The notes beneath the pieces were generated by a model. The model made no database searches. It worked only from the letters and a program-made list of their open reading frames with translations, and was not told the DNA's origin. Positions 29,918 through 40,833 of a DNA stretch of 64,000 nucleotides are shown piece by piece. The translations under genes were made by a program, and so were the position numbers. Origin of the DNA: an uncultured Thermofilaceae archaeon (lineage in GTDB: Archaea; Thermoproteota; Thermoprotei; Thermofilales; B69-G16); assembly GCA_964501905.1 (NCBI GenBank), contig CAZCTW010000010.1, positions 5,046 to 69,045 of the forward strand, given 5' to 3'. Numbering within the stretch: the stretch's first letter is position 1; every line of letters begins with the position of its first letter.

Positions 29918-30406
29918 TTAAATCACCTTAAAAGCTCTCACATCCATAACCTTATCCTCGTCAACTTCCAAGGTTACCGCATAGGTGTAATTCTTACCCT
30001 TAACGATTTTGACTACATTGCCTTTCCCGATCGGCGCGCCTAACCTATCTAATAACACCACTTCATCACCTTTATCTGGGACCGGGAGAAGCTCGTAGGG
30101 CACGGTAACTCTGCCTTTACCATCGCTGGAGGATAAGTCAACTAGAAATATCGCTAATCCGGGACAGGCTAGCAGGCAGGATCCACAACCCTTACATTTA
30201 TCAAAATCTACGATCGGTATCAAGTTTATTTCTTGTTTAGTTATAGCGTTTACCGGACATGCCGCCACACAGGCATCACACGGTATCTCTTGAACACACT
30301 CCACTACGACGACCGGTCCTTTCTTCATTCTCTCCCTAGACGGAGCAAGATTTAATTTGTAAAGTTCCTCGACTTTTATCACTCCCGTAGAAAACATATC
30401 ATCCAT
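29918..30406 (-). CDS. 4Fe-4S ferredoxin subunit of the dehydrogenase operon
   Basis: ECVQEIPCDAC...CP and CKGCGSC...CPG motifs. Confidence 0.9.
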   Translation of the reverse strand: MDDMFSTGVIKVEELYKLNLAPSRERMKKGPVVVVECVQEIPCDACVAACPVNAITKQEINLIPIVDFDKCKGCGSCLLACPGLAIFLVDLSSSDGKGRVTVPYELLPVPDKGDEVVLLDRLGAPIGKGNVVKIVKGKNYTYAVTLEVDEDKVMDVRAFKVI

Positions 30407-31832
30407 TTATCAACACCTTTTCTAATCCTCTCCTAACCTTTTCAAAAACCGGCCCCTTTCTTATCTCCCATAGTTTCTTAATAATTTCTCTCTTTCCTCT
30501 AACGCTACACTATTCTCACCTACCACGTTTATGGCAGCCGAAATGCCGGCTATTCCTCCCTCAAGCATTGCAGTCGACGCCTCTTCTATCCCCGAGACAT
30601 CGCCCGCCACAAAAACGCCCTTAAGAGAAGTTTCTTGGTATCTTGTACGTTTCGGAACTAGTCCTCCAAGCTCCGGCACGTAGGCCATTTCGCAACCGGC
30701 CTGAACTAATAGTTGAGAGTAGGGGGTTAAGCCCACGGCTAGGCATATCAGGTCTACCTCAAAATATTTCTCGGTTTCCGGTATTTCGTTGAAGTTTTCA
30801 TCAAGAGCTATTATAGTAGCACCTTCAACTCTTTCTGTTCCATGGGCGCTTTTAATAGTATGAGAGACGTAAATAGGGACTCCAAGCCTTCTGAGCTTAG
30901 CGGCGTGAACGAGGTATCCGCCTATTCTCGGCATAGCCTCTACAATAGCCGCTACTTCTACGCCGGCTTGGATTAGCTGATAAGAGACTATTAAACCGAC
31001 GTTTCCAGCCCCCACTATTAACGCTTTCTCGCTGGGCTTAACTCCGTAGACGTTCATAAGGGTTTGAGCGGCTCCGGCGCACATAACCCCTGGGAGGTCG
31101 TTGTTCTCAAAGATTAAGAATTTTTCAGAAGCTCCCGTGGCCACTACTATTTGTTTTGCCTTTATCTTAAGGAGCCGCTTCTCCTTGGCGTCGTAGGCGC
31201 CTGCTAGCTTATCCTCATATATCCCGAAAACAGTGGTATTTGCTAAAAATTCTATATTTTCTCTTATTACTTAAAATTTTAATTAATTTTTTAGCTATTT
31301 CAAAACCCCTAACCCCTGAGTATAAGTCTTTAGACCCGAAGAATTTATGAGTTTGTTTTATCAATTGCCCTCCGATCATCGGGTTTTCGTCTATGAGAGT
31401 CACCTTCGCTCCATACTTGCTGGCGTAGAGAGCCGCGTAGAGCCCCGCTGGTCCCCCTCCTACAACTAGCACATCAGTATTTAGACTAAGAGACTGCCCC
31501 GCTTTAAAGGATGCTATAGCCGGCGGCATGGCTAGGCATTCTTGGCGGCGTACATTCTTCACATATTTGACAGGTATAATACAGGTTCTTGTATTAGGTA
31601 CTCCGTCTACTTCCATTAAACAGGAAGAACACTTACCTATCATACAGAAGGCTCCGCGCGGCCGCTTCAACACCTTGCTTCTGGAAAAAACTCTCACTCC
31701 AGTTGCGTAAAGAGCGGCCAACACGCTTTCGTTTTCGTAGCCTTCTATTGGTTTGCCGTCGAAGTAGAAGATCCTCTTATTACCGCGTTTAAATCTTAGG
31801 ATTGGATGGTTTTTTATCCTAAAGTCCGACAA
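30399..31832 (-). pseudogene. Proline dehydrogenase / sarcosine oxidase alpha-like (2Fe-2S + FAD), frameshifts near 31265 and 30478
   Basis: FC.IG.C..C, GGGPAG, ATGA, AGD motifs spread over three frame segments. Confidence 0.85.
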
Positions 31833-32000
31833 ACGGCCCTCCCTACGGAGAAAATACCTACTAATCCTTTATTCTCACTCCTAATCTCTTATTTATCTGT
31901 TATCTTTTACCATTAAACAGAGAATTCCTAAAATTATATAATAGTATGTAGGGCTATAGATAATATAAAATTTATATATGGCGTTGGCTATATATTCTTT

Positions 32001-32678
32001 ATGGAGTTTTTTAGAAAGATAATATCCAAAATATGGTCTTCTCCTGAGGAAAAAATAGCGAATCTTGCAATAAATCATGCAAATCTTTGTTTTAAAGCGG
32101 TAGACGCTTTTACGAGGGCCGTAAAGGAGTATTGTAATGGAGATAGAAAGCTGGCAGAGAAGTATCTGATGGAAGTATACTCATGTGAGGAAGAGGCTGA
32201 CAGTGTTAGGCGGAAGATAATAGAAGAGCTGGCAAAGGGAGCTTTACCTCCCCTGAATAGAGAGGATTTCGTCAGGTTAGCGGAGAGGATGGATTTGATA
32301 GCTGACTGGGCTAAAGAGGCGGCGAGGCTTCTTTCCGTAATTCCCTGTGAAAAATTGCGTCAGGAGCTTGCCGGCGAGTGTTTAGAATTAGTTGATTTAA
32401 TGTATGAGAGCACTGAGAAGCTTTACAATGCTGTCTCGGCTATGATGACTGATTTTCAGAAGAGCCTGCAACTGGTTCACGAAATAGAGGTTATAGAGGA
32501 GAAAGGCGACGATCTCTATATCAAGTGCTTTAGCAGGTTAGAAAGAGCGGAAAGCGGGTGTATTGGAGTACCCGGAATGCTAATAAGTAAGCTCGTAGAA
32601 TCCTTCGAAAACACTCTTGATGCTTGTGAAGAAGTAGGGGATTTAATAAAGATAATAGTCGTTAGGGCTCTAAGGTGA
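32001..32678 (+). CDS. DUF47/PhoU-like phosphate transport regulator
   Basis: E..AD..RR, RED...L...D.IAD, E..GD repeats; precedes a PiT gene. Confidence 0.9.
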   Translation: MEFFRKIISKIWSSPEEKIANLAINHANLCFKAVDAFTRAVKEYCNGDRKLAEKYLMEVYSCEEEADSVRRKIIEELAKGALPPLNREDFVRLAERMDLIADWAKEAARLLSVIPCEKLRQELAGECLELVDLMYESTEKLYNAVSAMMTDFQKSLQLVHEIEVIEEKGDDLYIKCFSRLERAESGCIGVPGMLISKLVESFENTLDACEEVGDLIKIIVVRALR

Positions 32679-32682
32679 GCCT

Positions 32683-33633
32683 ATGGAATTCTTGCTCTTA
32701 ATGAGCTTCGTCCTAGCATTTTACGTAGCTTGGTCCGTGGGAGCGAACGACGAGACTATGGCCGTCTTAGCCGGTAGTGGGTTTACGAGCATATTGGCGG
32801 CGTGTATTATTGGAGCTATCATGGATTTCTTAGGGGCTGTGTTATTAGGTTATAAAGTCGAGGAAACTATGGGAGAAAAACTACTAGCCTATAAAATCGA
32901 TTTGGTAGACACGCTGATAATAGTGGCCGCCGTAGCAACTTGGCTCGTGCTTGCCTCTTATAGAGGATGGCCTGTCTCAACTACCCACTCTGCGGTCGGT
33001 GCTGCCATAGGGTTAGGAATATATAAGTGGGGTATAAGCGGGGTGAGGTGGGAGTCGCTGCTTAACGTCGTAGCAGGTTGGGTTATATCCCCTATAATGG
33101 GCTTCATAGGAGCCTATGTAACATGTAAAATCTTTGACTTCTTCTTAGCTAAAGGCATTAAGGGGTTAAGGAAGAGCCTGAGAGTCGCCAGGATAGCTTC
33201 TCTAACTCTATTGGCGTGGGCATCCTATACTTCCTTCTTCAGGGGGGCGAACGATATAGCAAACGCGACAGCATTCCTCAGCGCCGTCTACGAGAACCCT
33301 TTAATGGTTAGACTGATAAGCGGCTTCGGCATGGCTCTAGGGCTCGTGATGCTAGGAAGGAGAGTCGTAAAGTCCGTTGGCGTCGAACTGGTTGAGCTAA
33401 CTCCGGTTATGGGATTGGCGATACAGATATCGGTTGCGTTGACAGTCTCTATCGGAACGCTCATGGGCTTACCCCTCTCGGGAACCCATATACTTGTCAT
33501 GGCCGTCGCTGGAATAGGCGTAGCCAAGAGGATATGGATAAACATTAAAGGATTGAAGGAAATATTAGCTACTTGGATTGTAACGTTTCCAGGCGCGGCG
33601 GTCTTAGCGGTTCTTTTCGCTCTACTAGTATAG
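32683..33633 (+). CDS. Inorganic phosphate transporter (PiT)
   Basis: Two GAND motifs, PVSTTH, PLSGTH. Confidence 0.93.
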   Translation: MEFLLLMSFVLAFYVAWSVGANDETMAVLAGSGFTSILAACIIGAIMDFLGAVLLGYKVEETMGEKLLAYKIDLVDTLIIVAAVATWLVLASYRGWPVSTTHSAVGAAIGLGIYKWGISGVRWESLLNVVAGWVISPIMGFIGAYVTCKIFDFFLAKGIKGLRKSLRVARIASLTLLAWASYTSFFRGANDIANATAFLSAVYENPLMVRLISGFGMALGLVMLGRRVVKSVGVELVELTPVMGLAIQISVALTVSIGTLMGLPLSGTHILVMAVAGIGVAKRIWINIKGLKEILATWIVTFPGAAVLAVLFALLV

Positions 33634-33659
33634 ATTTTTAACACTAAGCACTATTTTAA

Positions 33660-34559
33660 ATGATGATTGTAAGTTTGGTCAGGTGTAAGAGCCACTACGA
33701 CTGTGTCTACAAAAGCTTGGAACAGATCATAAATGAGATAGCGGTCATAAAGACTAAAAACTTCCTTATAAAGCCAAATTTCGTATCGGTGAGAAACAGA
33801 TACGCGACTACTCACGTGGATGCTATTAAAGCGTTCATAGATTTTGTTTACGATAATATCGGTTCCAGGAAGATCATCGTAGCTGAAGCTCCAGCGGGGG
33901 GTAGTCTTGAAGAGGCTCTAGATAATTTCGGCTATAAAATTCTCAAAGAGTATGGGGTTGACTTTATAGATTTAAATGAAGATGATTGCTTCGAGTACCG
34001 CGTATATGATAAATACCTTAGACGCGAAGTCGAAGTCAGAATAGCAAAAACCGTATTGAAATATAAAGATTCGATAGTATCTATCTGTAGACCGAAAACA
34101 CACGATACTGTCGTTGTAACTCTTTCTCTGAAAAATATTGCAGTAGGGATTATAAAACGAGAGGATAAATGGAAGATACATCAGGGTTATGGAGCTATAA
34201 ACGCTACGATAGCTCGACTCGCCTTGGACTTCCCGCCTAGATTGGCTATAATAGATGGCCACATTGGCATGGAGGGAGATGGTCCGGTCTATGGTATGCC
34301 TAAAAAGTGGGGGGTTGGCGTGGCGGGCTTAAACGGCTTCTACGTAGACGTCTTAACAACTTGGATGATGGGGTTCGACCCTAAAAATGTCGGGTATCTC
34401 TACGTATTGTCTAAAATGACGAGACATAGCTTAGACGTTAAATCGATAAAAGTTGTTGGAGCAGAACCCGAGGATGTGAAAACTAGCTTTAAACCACACC
34501 GAACTTTTAGAGAACAACTCAAATGGAAAAATGAGATAGATTTAACTAAAGTTCTATAA
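33660..34559 (+). CDS. DUF362 family protein
   Basis: IKPN, TTH, K.H..VTLSLKN, IDG...EG.GP motifs. Confidence 0.88.
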   Translation: MMIVSLVRCKSHYDCVYKSLEQIINEIAVIKTKNFLIKPNFVSVRNRYATTHVDAIKAFIDFVYDNIGSRKIIVAEAPAGGSLEEALDNFGYKILKEYGVDFIDLNEDDCFEYRVYDKYLRREVEVRIAKTVLKYKDSIVSICRPKTHDTVVVTLSLKNIAVGIIKREDKWKIHQGYGAINATIARLALDFPPRLAIIDGHIGMEGDGPVYGMPKKWGVGVAGLNGFYVDVLTTWMMGFDPKNVGYLYVLSKMTRHSLDVKSIKVVGAEPEDVKTSFKPHRTFREQLKWKNEIDLTKVL

Positions 34560-35061
34560 CTTCAACTTCTAGGGTCTCTAGGTCCAGAATAGCTAGGGTG
34601 GCTTTTCCAGATAAGCCTCCAAACACTTCACCAGGATTTAGCAGTAGGGTTTTCCCTAGCTTCTCTACTACAACTTCGTGTATATGCCCGAAAATTACTA
34701 TGTCATAGTAGCCGTCTTTGGCTATAGCGCGGGCAAATCTCTTCGTTTCTTCCATTCCTCCCATGCCGTGGAAAACCATTATCTTTTTACCGTCTAACTC
34801 TAGCTCGAGAGGTTGAGATTTTAAGTTGAAGCCTAGTGATGACGCTGTTTTTAGGAGGAGGAATACTTCGCCGTCGTTGTTGCCGAAAACTCCATAGAAT
34901 TTGGCCTTTAGCTTGGAAAATCTCTTTAGTGTAAACGGAGCGATTATATCTCCCGCGTGTACTATTGCGTCTATTTTCTTTCTCTTGAGGATTTCGATGG
35001 CTTTTTCCACGTTATTGAGATTATCATGAGTATCCGATAACACGCCCACGAGCACTTCCAT
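34546..35061 (-). CDS. YfcE/MJ0936-family metallophosphoesterase
   Basis: SDTH, HAGD, GNND, GHIH, NPG motifs; start ATG 35061. Confidence 0.92.
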   Translation of the reverse strand: MEVLVGVLSDTHDNLNNVEKAIEILKRKKIDAIVHAGDIIAPFTLKRFSKLKAKFYGVFGNNDGEVFLLLKTASSLGFNLKSQPLELELDGKKIMVFHGMGGMEETKRFARAIAKDGYYDIVIFGHIHEVVVEKLGKTLLLNPGEVFGGLSGKATLAILDLETLEVEVIEL

Positions 35062-35136
35062 CACCGCCCAGTTAATAGAAATATACTTCAACAAGGTTAA
35101 ATAATGTAAGGTTAATGGTGTAAAAACGGTGTTAGG

Positions 35137-36471
35137 ATGGAGGTTTTTGAGCAAAAACTCCACGTGGACGCTTTACAGATAATTCTGGAGGGTATAAGAG
35201 CCGCTGATCCCCGCGAGGCTGTAAAGAAATCATTGAAATTTGAGAATGGTGTGTTGAGAGTTAAGGATAAGGTTTTCGAGCTGGAAGGCAAACTTTACTT
35301 AGCTGGCTTCGGAAAAGCTGCCTATAAAATGGCGAAAGCCGCTTTGGAAGAAATTGGAGGAATCGTAGAATATGGAGTAATCTCAATACCTAAAGGCTCT
35401 AAAGTGGAAGAAGAATTGGAGAGAACAGAGGTAATCTTCTCGGGACATCCTAAGCCGGATTCCGGAAGTGTAGAAGCTGGGAGAAAGATTCTCGAGTTAG
35501 CTCACGAGGCTAAAGAGGGAGATTTAGTTTTAGTTCTCATATCAGGAGGCGGATCCGCGCTCATGGAATATCCCGTTGAAGGAGTTAGCTTAGACGACAT
35601 AGCGGCTACTTCCACTATGCTGATGAATGCAGGCGCTGATATCTACGAACTTAACACAGTACGTAAACATCTATCTAGAGTCAAGGGGGGGCAGTTGGCT
35701 AAGGCTATTTTCCCAGCTAAGACGGTTTCATTGATAATATCCGACGTAGTAGGGGATCGCGTTGACATGATAGCCTCTGGTCCCACAGCGCCCGATCCGA
35801 CCACGTTTCAAGACGCTTGGTATGTGCTGGAGAAGTATCGTTTGACGGATAAAGTGCCTGAGAGCGTTAAGAGCTACTTGGAGAAGGGAATTAAGGGTGA
35901 CGTGCCCGAGACCCCTAAAGAAGACGACCCTGTACTCAAGAACGTCTACAATTACATAATAGCTAGCAATATCACATCGCTCAGGAAGATGAGAGATAAG
36001 GCCGAGGAAATGGGCTATAATACTCTAATTCTCACCTCGATGATCCAAGGAGAGGCTAGAGAAGTCGGCAAGGTAATAGCTGCTTTGGCTCTAGAGGTAA
36101 AAAAGACAGGGAATCCTGTAAAGCCTCCGGCCGTTATCCTAGCCGGAGGCGAGACTACCGTCACCGTTAAGGGCTCTGGCAAAGGTGGCCGCAACCAAGA
36201 ACTGGCCCTCTCGGCGGCTATACAGATTAAAGGCGTCGACGGCGTGGCTATAGCCTCCGTGGGTAGCGATGGCATAGATGGCCCAACGGATGCCGCTGGC
36301 GCGATCGTAGACGGATATACAGTAATCAGAGCCGAGAATCAAGGCCTAAATGCTTTAAAATACCTCGATAATAATGACAGCTATACGTTTTTCAAGAAAA
36401 TAGGGGGGCTTGTGGAGACAGGCTATACCGGCACCAACGTAAACGACTTTATAGTCGTTATGGTAGCCTAG
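35137..36471 (+). CDS. Glycerate 2-kinase (MOFRL family)
   Basis: GKAA, ISGGGSAL, SDVVGD, GGETTV, GGRNQE, TGTNVND motifs. Confidence 0.95.
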   Translation: MEVFEQKLHVDALQIILEGIRAADPREAVKKSLKFENGVLRVKDKVFELEGKLYLAGFGKAAYKMAKAALEEIGGIVEYGVISIPKGSKVEEELERTEVIFSGHPKPDSGSVEAGRKILELAHEAKEGDLVLVLISGGGSALMEYPVEGVSLDDIAATSTMLMNAGADIYELNTVRKHLSRVKGGQLAKAIFPAKTVSLIISDVVGDRVDMIASGPTAPDPTTFQDAWYVLEKYRLTDKVPESVKSYLEKGIKGDVPETPKEDDPVLKNVYNYIIASNITSLRKMRDKAEEMGYNTLILTSMIQGEAREVGKVIAALALEVKKTGNPVKPPAVILAGGETTVTVKGSGKGGRNQELALSAAIQIKGVDGVAIASVGSDGIDGPTDAAGAIVDGYTVIRAENQGLNALKYLDNNDSYTFFKKIGGLVETGYTGTNVNDFIVVMVA

Positions 36472-36893
36472 CCCCTCCTCCTACCGTATCTAGGATAACC
36501 CCTTCGCCGCCTATATTCCCTTACACGTTTTTCTGAGATATTATTTTCCTCATTTACCTCTTCTATTTCCTCACTTGAATCTTCTACAGAGCCGTATCTC
36601 CCTATGTTAAGCCTCATAGAATTTCGGAAAACTCCAACATAGCAATTCTTTAATACTACAGTCGAACCCTCCCTTTCCCGGATTAAATCTATCTTATCGT
36701 CCCACAGCGTCATAAGTACGGTGCCCGTCTCGTCTCCTACTAGAGCTTCAGCTACTCTGTGCAAAGCATCGTCTCGCCTCGAAGTTACTGTCCTCTCCTC
36801 GCCAACTGAGAGGACCTTAACCCTTAGATTTACATTTCTAGAATTTGCGGTTAAATTCCCTATTTTTATGAATTGTTCTCCTCTATATCCCAT
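36468..36893 (-). CDS. ssb: Single OB-fold ssDNA-binding protein, crenarchaeal type
   Basis: VGDETG, TLWD, LN.GRYG motifs; Arg/Gly-rich tail. Confidence 0.92.
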   Translation of the reverse strand: MGYRGEQFIKIGNLTANSRNVNLRVKVLSVGEERTVTSRRDDALHRVAEALVGDETGTVLMTLWDDKIDLIREREGSTVVLKNCYVGVFRNSMRLNIGRYGSVEDSSEEIEEVNEENNISEKRVREYRRRRGYPRYGRRRG

Positions 36894-37169
36894 TTACCTA
36901 CATCCCGTCTGAAGGATGATAAAGAACAACTTAGGGGGTATTTTAACCTTTCTATCAATAAACACTCAAAGTATTTCTAGCTAGCCACATAACCCAAAAT
37001 CGCATAAAACTTCTATGATTGTCTTACATTTATTTGTCATAAATAGTTAAAAAATGACGTCATGATTTCAGCAAATTAAAGCTACTATCCTATAGCGCTA
37101 GACAAGACTGGTGTAATATCTCCGTATTTCTATCAATTGCCGACGGTATCCCCTTTAAAATAGTAGTGA

Positions 37170-37367
37170 GTGGTGGATTTCGGTGGGAATTTGGGTAGCT
37201 TACCAAAAGTAACGAAGGTAGCTCTACAGATAAGAATACCAGCTGATCTAGACCAGAAGTTTAGAGCCAAAGCCGCCGCAAAATACGGCTTGCGCAGAGG
37301 AGCTTTAGAAAAAGCTCTCACGGAGGCCATTTTATTGTGGTTAAAAATAGACGAAAAGGGTGGTTAG
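37170..37367 (+). CDS. Ribbon-helix-helix (CopG-like) regulator
   Basis: LQIRIPADLDQKFR...G...GAL..A..EAI..W pattern. Confidence 0.8.
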   Translation: MVDFGGNLGSLPKVTKVALQIRIPADLDQKFRAKAAAKYGLRRGALEKALTEAILLWLKIDEKGG

Positions 37368-37371
37368 CGGT

Positions 37372-39324
37372 ATGAAACGCTTATTCATAATTACACTCCT
37401 CCTTGTACTAATATCCTTTACATCTAGCACATTCTATGCCTTCCCCAGAGAGCAAGGCTATTACGCCAAAGTGGATTACATAGTCTCGAGCAGGTTCACT
37501 ATAAACCTAAACTTCCAAGAAAACGATTTAAAGGAAGTTACAGCTCCTCCGCCTCCAGTAGGCTATAAACTGGCTTATATGGAGGTTACAGTCAGCGAAG
37601 GATTCCCAGATGATCTGGTAGCTGTGAAATTTGATAGGAAAATGGAGAGCGAAGGAGTTGTAACTTCTTTAGTATCCTTCAGCGGATCTATAAAACTGGC
37701 ATATGGCGGTAAAGGCAACTTCACCACTCCGGCCGAGCTAAAATGTGTCTATGTGAAGACTGAATGGAAGATTATACCTGAAAATGGTAAGGTGATAGTG
37801 AAGGTTGCTCCTCCCGACGAACCCTTCGATCTAGCTAACTTAACAGTTAAAGTTTCAGTCGATAACTACGCGCCCTATATAATCAGCGACGTTATATCGC
37901 CAAGCGGAGAGAGTATTTTAACCCCTGAGTTTCAGGAAGCTCTACATCCAGATGCAGTCAGGGTAGACTTGAAAAACTTAGAGCTCAACTTCGAATACGG
38001 ACTTGAAGAAGGAGAATACGAAATAATATTTAAGTACGGCGACGAGTGCAGACTACCTAACGCGTTCTTAGCCAAGGAAATAGAATTCTACAATGGCACA
38101 GTGAATGCTTTCGAAACTAAGACGTTCACCGCGCCAACTTCTAGCGACTGGATGATTGCGGGGTATATAGTAGTACTCTATAGCCTTTACCCCGTTAGCG
38201 GCGGAAAGGCGGATATCTACGTAGAGGCAAGCATGGTAGATTACGTGTACTTTGAAGATGAGATAATTAGAATTGAAGGCGTGTCTTACTTAATACCTCC
38301 CCTAAACTTCGAGCTATGGGTTAAAGCGTACATAGTGTATGGATCTTGGTTTAAAGTAATTAGTAGATTTAAAAAACCAGTTAACATACTCTACGCTCCA
38401 GTATTAATAAAGGAAGTTGGAGAATGGTCCAAGCAAGGGTTAAGAATTAGGGTTTCAGAGAAAGACGTCGAAGATTCAATGTACGCGTATCTAATAGTCC
38501 AACTCCCATCTTATGGTAGAGTAAAGAACATAATAACCCCCAGCGGCGGAGCTCTCGGAGAATATAAAGATAGCTTGCTACCATGGTCTTCAACAGTTAG
38601 AGCTATTAGCGTCGCGGACAACCAGGCATATATACAAGTTAAAAACGGCGAAACTCTGGAAACCGGAACCTATATCGTGGAAATAGAGTGGACGCCATTG
38701 CGCGTGAGGGCGGTTGACGCTGATGGAAACCCGCTAGAGGGAGCCATCGTCAAACTCGAAGGACCTATAAGCGTTGAGGCTGAAACGGGCGAAGACGGAG
38801 TAGCAGAACTTTTAATCTATCGCCCCGGCATGTATAAGCTGAGCATCGAGTATAAATCAGTGCTCGTTGGGAACGCGCAGCTCTATACGATTACAGAAAC
38901 TACAATGGAAATGAAATGTAGCGTGTTTAACCTCGAGATAGAGACTGTAGACCTTTGGGGCAAAGCGCTTTCCGGCACTGAAGTTGTAATGAAGACTGAA
39001 GAAGGAAGAACCATATTCTCAGGCGAGACGAATGAAAATGGCATACTTAAGGTAAATCAGGTACCCGGAGGTAAATACAATATAGAGGCTTACTATAAGC
39101 GCGTTAGAACAGATTTTAGCGAAACTATAGACTCTAGTAAAAAAATAAAGTTGAAGCTTGATGTAGCGTTTGAAATACCGTTCCTAGGAGTACCCGTGAG
39201 TAAGCTAGAGACTATAACTGCAGCGATTGGCTCCATCGCGCTTGGCTTCGCAGGCTACGCAGCTTCTCGCAGAGGAAGAAAGGTAAAAGAGGAAGACATA
39301 GTAGAGCTCGAAACATTTGAATAA
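37372..39324 (+). CDS. Secreted, C-terminally anchored surface protein with carboxypeptidase-regulatory-like repeats
   Basis: Signal peptide; two VD..G.PL.G..V...T...G repeats; C-terminal TM helix and basic tail. Confidence 0.8.
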   Translation: MKRLFIITLLLVLISFTSSTFYAFPREQGYYAKVDYIVSSRFTINLNFQENDLKEVTAPPPPVGYKLAYMEVTVSEGFPDDLVAVKFDRKMESEGVVTSLVSFSGSIKLAYGGKGNFTTPAELKCVYVKTEWKIIPENGKVIVKVAPPDEPFDLANLTVKVSVDNYAPYIISDVISPSGESILTPEFQEALHPDAVRVDLKNLELNFEYGLEEGEYEIIFKYGDECRLPNAFLAKEIEFYNGTVNAFETKTFTAPTSSDWMIAGYIVVLYSLYPVSGGKADIYVEASMVDYVYFEDEIIRIEGVSYLIPPLNFELWVKAYIVYGSWFKVISRFKKPVNILYAPVLIKEVGEWSKQGLRIRVSEKDVEDSMYAYLIVQLPSYGRVKNIITPSGGALGEYKDSLLPWSSTVRAISVADNQAYIQVKNGETLETGTYIVEIEWTPLRVRAVDADGNPLEGAIVKLEGPISVEAETGEDGVAELLIYRPGMYKLSIEYKSVLVGNAQLYTITETTMEMKCSVFNLEIETVDLWGKALSGTEVVMKTEEGRTIFSGETNENGILKVNQVPGGKYNIEAYYKRVRTDFSETIDSSKKIKLKLDVAFEIPFLGVPVSKLETITAAIGSIALGFAGYAASRRGRKVKEEDIVELETFE

Positions 39325-40738
39325 AATCCTCTTTTTTAAAAAAATGTCATACGAATATAGAATAAATTGGATTCAATTAAAAAATGAGGAAAAAGAGGAT
39401 TTTATAAACTATATAGGAGATTTTTTGAAATCTGCCTATAAAGAGGAGGTAGTCTTTTTTGATAAGATAGAATATAACAGCGAGCCTGGCTTGGTACTTC
39501 AGCTCCGAGGAAAGGCTCATTTAGAAATACTGGTTGTCGCGTCTAAAACTCCACTTGTTAAAATAGTTTTCCTGGACGAGAATGGCCGGATCGAGATAGC
39601 TGAAGCTTTAGCTAGTTTCATAGGCAAAGTGGCGTCGTCGTACCGCAAGAAAAGCACGCTTTACTACGTTTACGTCTATGGGAAAAGTATCCAACCCGCA
39701 AAAGTAAAGTCTTTAATTGGCAGACTCGTGGAGGAGGTTTTTCTAAATAATATGGCACTATTTTTTGCCTTCTCCACGATATTATACTCTTTAATATCTC
39801 TAGTTTTTGACGGGGGTTATACTCCTTTAGCGTTTATAGCTCTCTTGCTTCCCTTTCAGTTTTTCTCATATAAAATACCAGTCGTTATTGGAGATTGGGA
39901 GATTTCCTCGGAGAAAAATCGAGTGCTTATAACCGGTCTCCCTATGCCACTTAAGATCTATAAAAAACTGATAGATAGAATAGTAAAAACAGGTGAAGTT
40001 TATAAGTTAAAAGAAGAGATATATAGGCTAATACTTGAAGGAAAGAAATGTTTTGTAAAGGATATAATCCTCAAGTGTTATGATGTGAATTTAAGAAAAG
40101 AGGATATAAGAATAAAAGAAGTCAACCTCTTTAGATTAGCTAAGAAAGCATTCTCTAAAATAGGACTACCCCCTCCTAAGATTTACTTGGTAAATTCTCT
40201 GGATTTAAACGCTGCCGCGCTAGGCATACATCCTAGCTTTTCCTCCATTATAGTAACCTCAGGATTGCTCATAGAGCTAGAGGAAAACGAAGTCGAAGCG
40301 GTATTAGCACATGAAGCAAGCCATATAAAGCACCGAGATACGTTTACCCTATATGTATTAAGCAGCGTGCTGTATTTAATCCAAGCCTACCTCGCATACA
40401 TAACATTACCGCTTCTTCTAGCTCTCTCACTACGATTGGGAATTATCTGCACTACCTTAACGATATTCTTCTTCATAGCCAAAATCATCGAAGTTAAAGC
40501 AGATTTAGACGCCGCTTGGACAAATAACCCTTCGAGCCTGGCATTCGCCTTAGAAAAAATAGCCCCTAAAAGGTCTAAAGTAGAAAAACGTCGCAGATTA
40601 AAAGATTGGATTTCTTGGACCTCCCATCCTCCACTCAGCTTTAGGATTTACGTTCTACGCAACTACCCTGCAAATAAACACGGTTGGCTAACCGCCTTAA
40701 AACTCTGTATATGCGATCTAGCGAGAAGCATCATATGA
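39317..40738 (+). CDS. M48/HtpX-family zinc protease with long N-terminal extension
   Basis: NAAA, AVLAHEASH, E..AD, SHPP...RI motifs. Confidence 0.88.
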   Translation: MNKILFFKKMSYEYRINWIQLKNEEKEDFINYIGDFLKSAYKEEVVFFDKIEYNSEPGLVLQLRGKAHLEILVVASKTPLVKIVFLDENGRIEIAEALASFIGKVASSYRKKSTLYYVYVYGKSIQPAKVKSLIGRLVEEVFLNNMALFFAFSTILYSLISLVFDGGYTPLAFIALLLPFQFFSYKIPVVIGDWEISSEKNRVLITGLPMPLKIYKKLIDRIVKTGEVYKLKEEIYRLILEGKKCFVKDIILKCYDVNLRKEDIRIKEVNLFRLAKKAFSKIGLPPPKIYLVNSLDLNAAALGIHPSFSSIIVTSGLLIELEENEVEAVLAHEASHIKHRDTFTLYVLSSVLYLIQAYLAYITLPLLLALSLRLGIICTTLTIFFFIAKIIEVKADLDAAWTNNPSSLAFALEKIAPKRSKVEKRRRLKDWISWTSHPPLSFRIYVLRNYPANKHGWLTALKLCICDLARSII

Positions 40739-40833
40739 TCTGTATGATATATATGTATGACATTATTTCATACTGGAATTAGTTGTTACAAAGAGTATTT
40801 ACTGAATTATTAATTTCAATATCTGGTGTTTCA

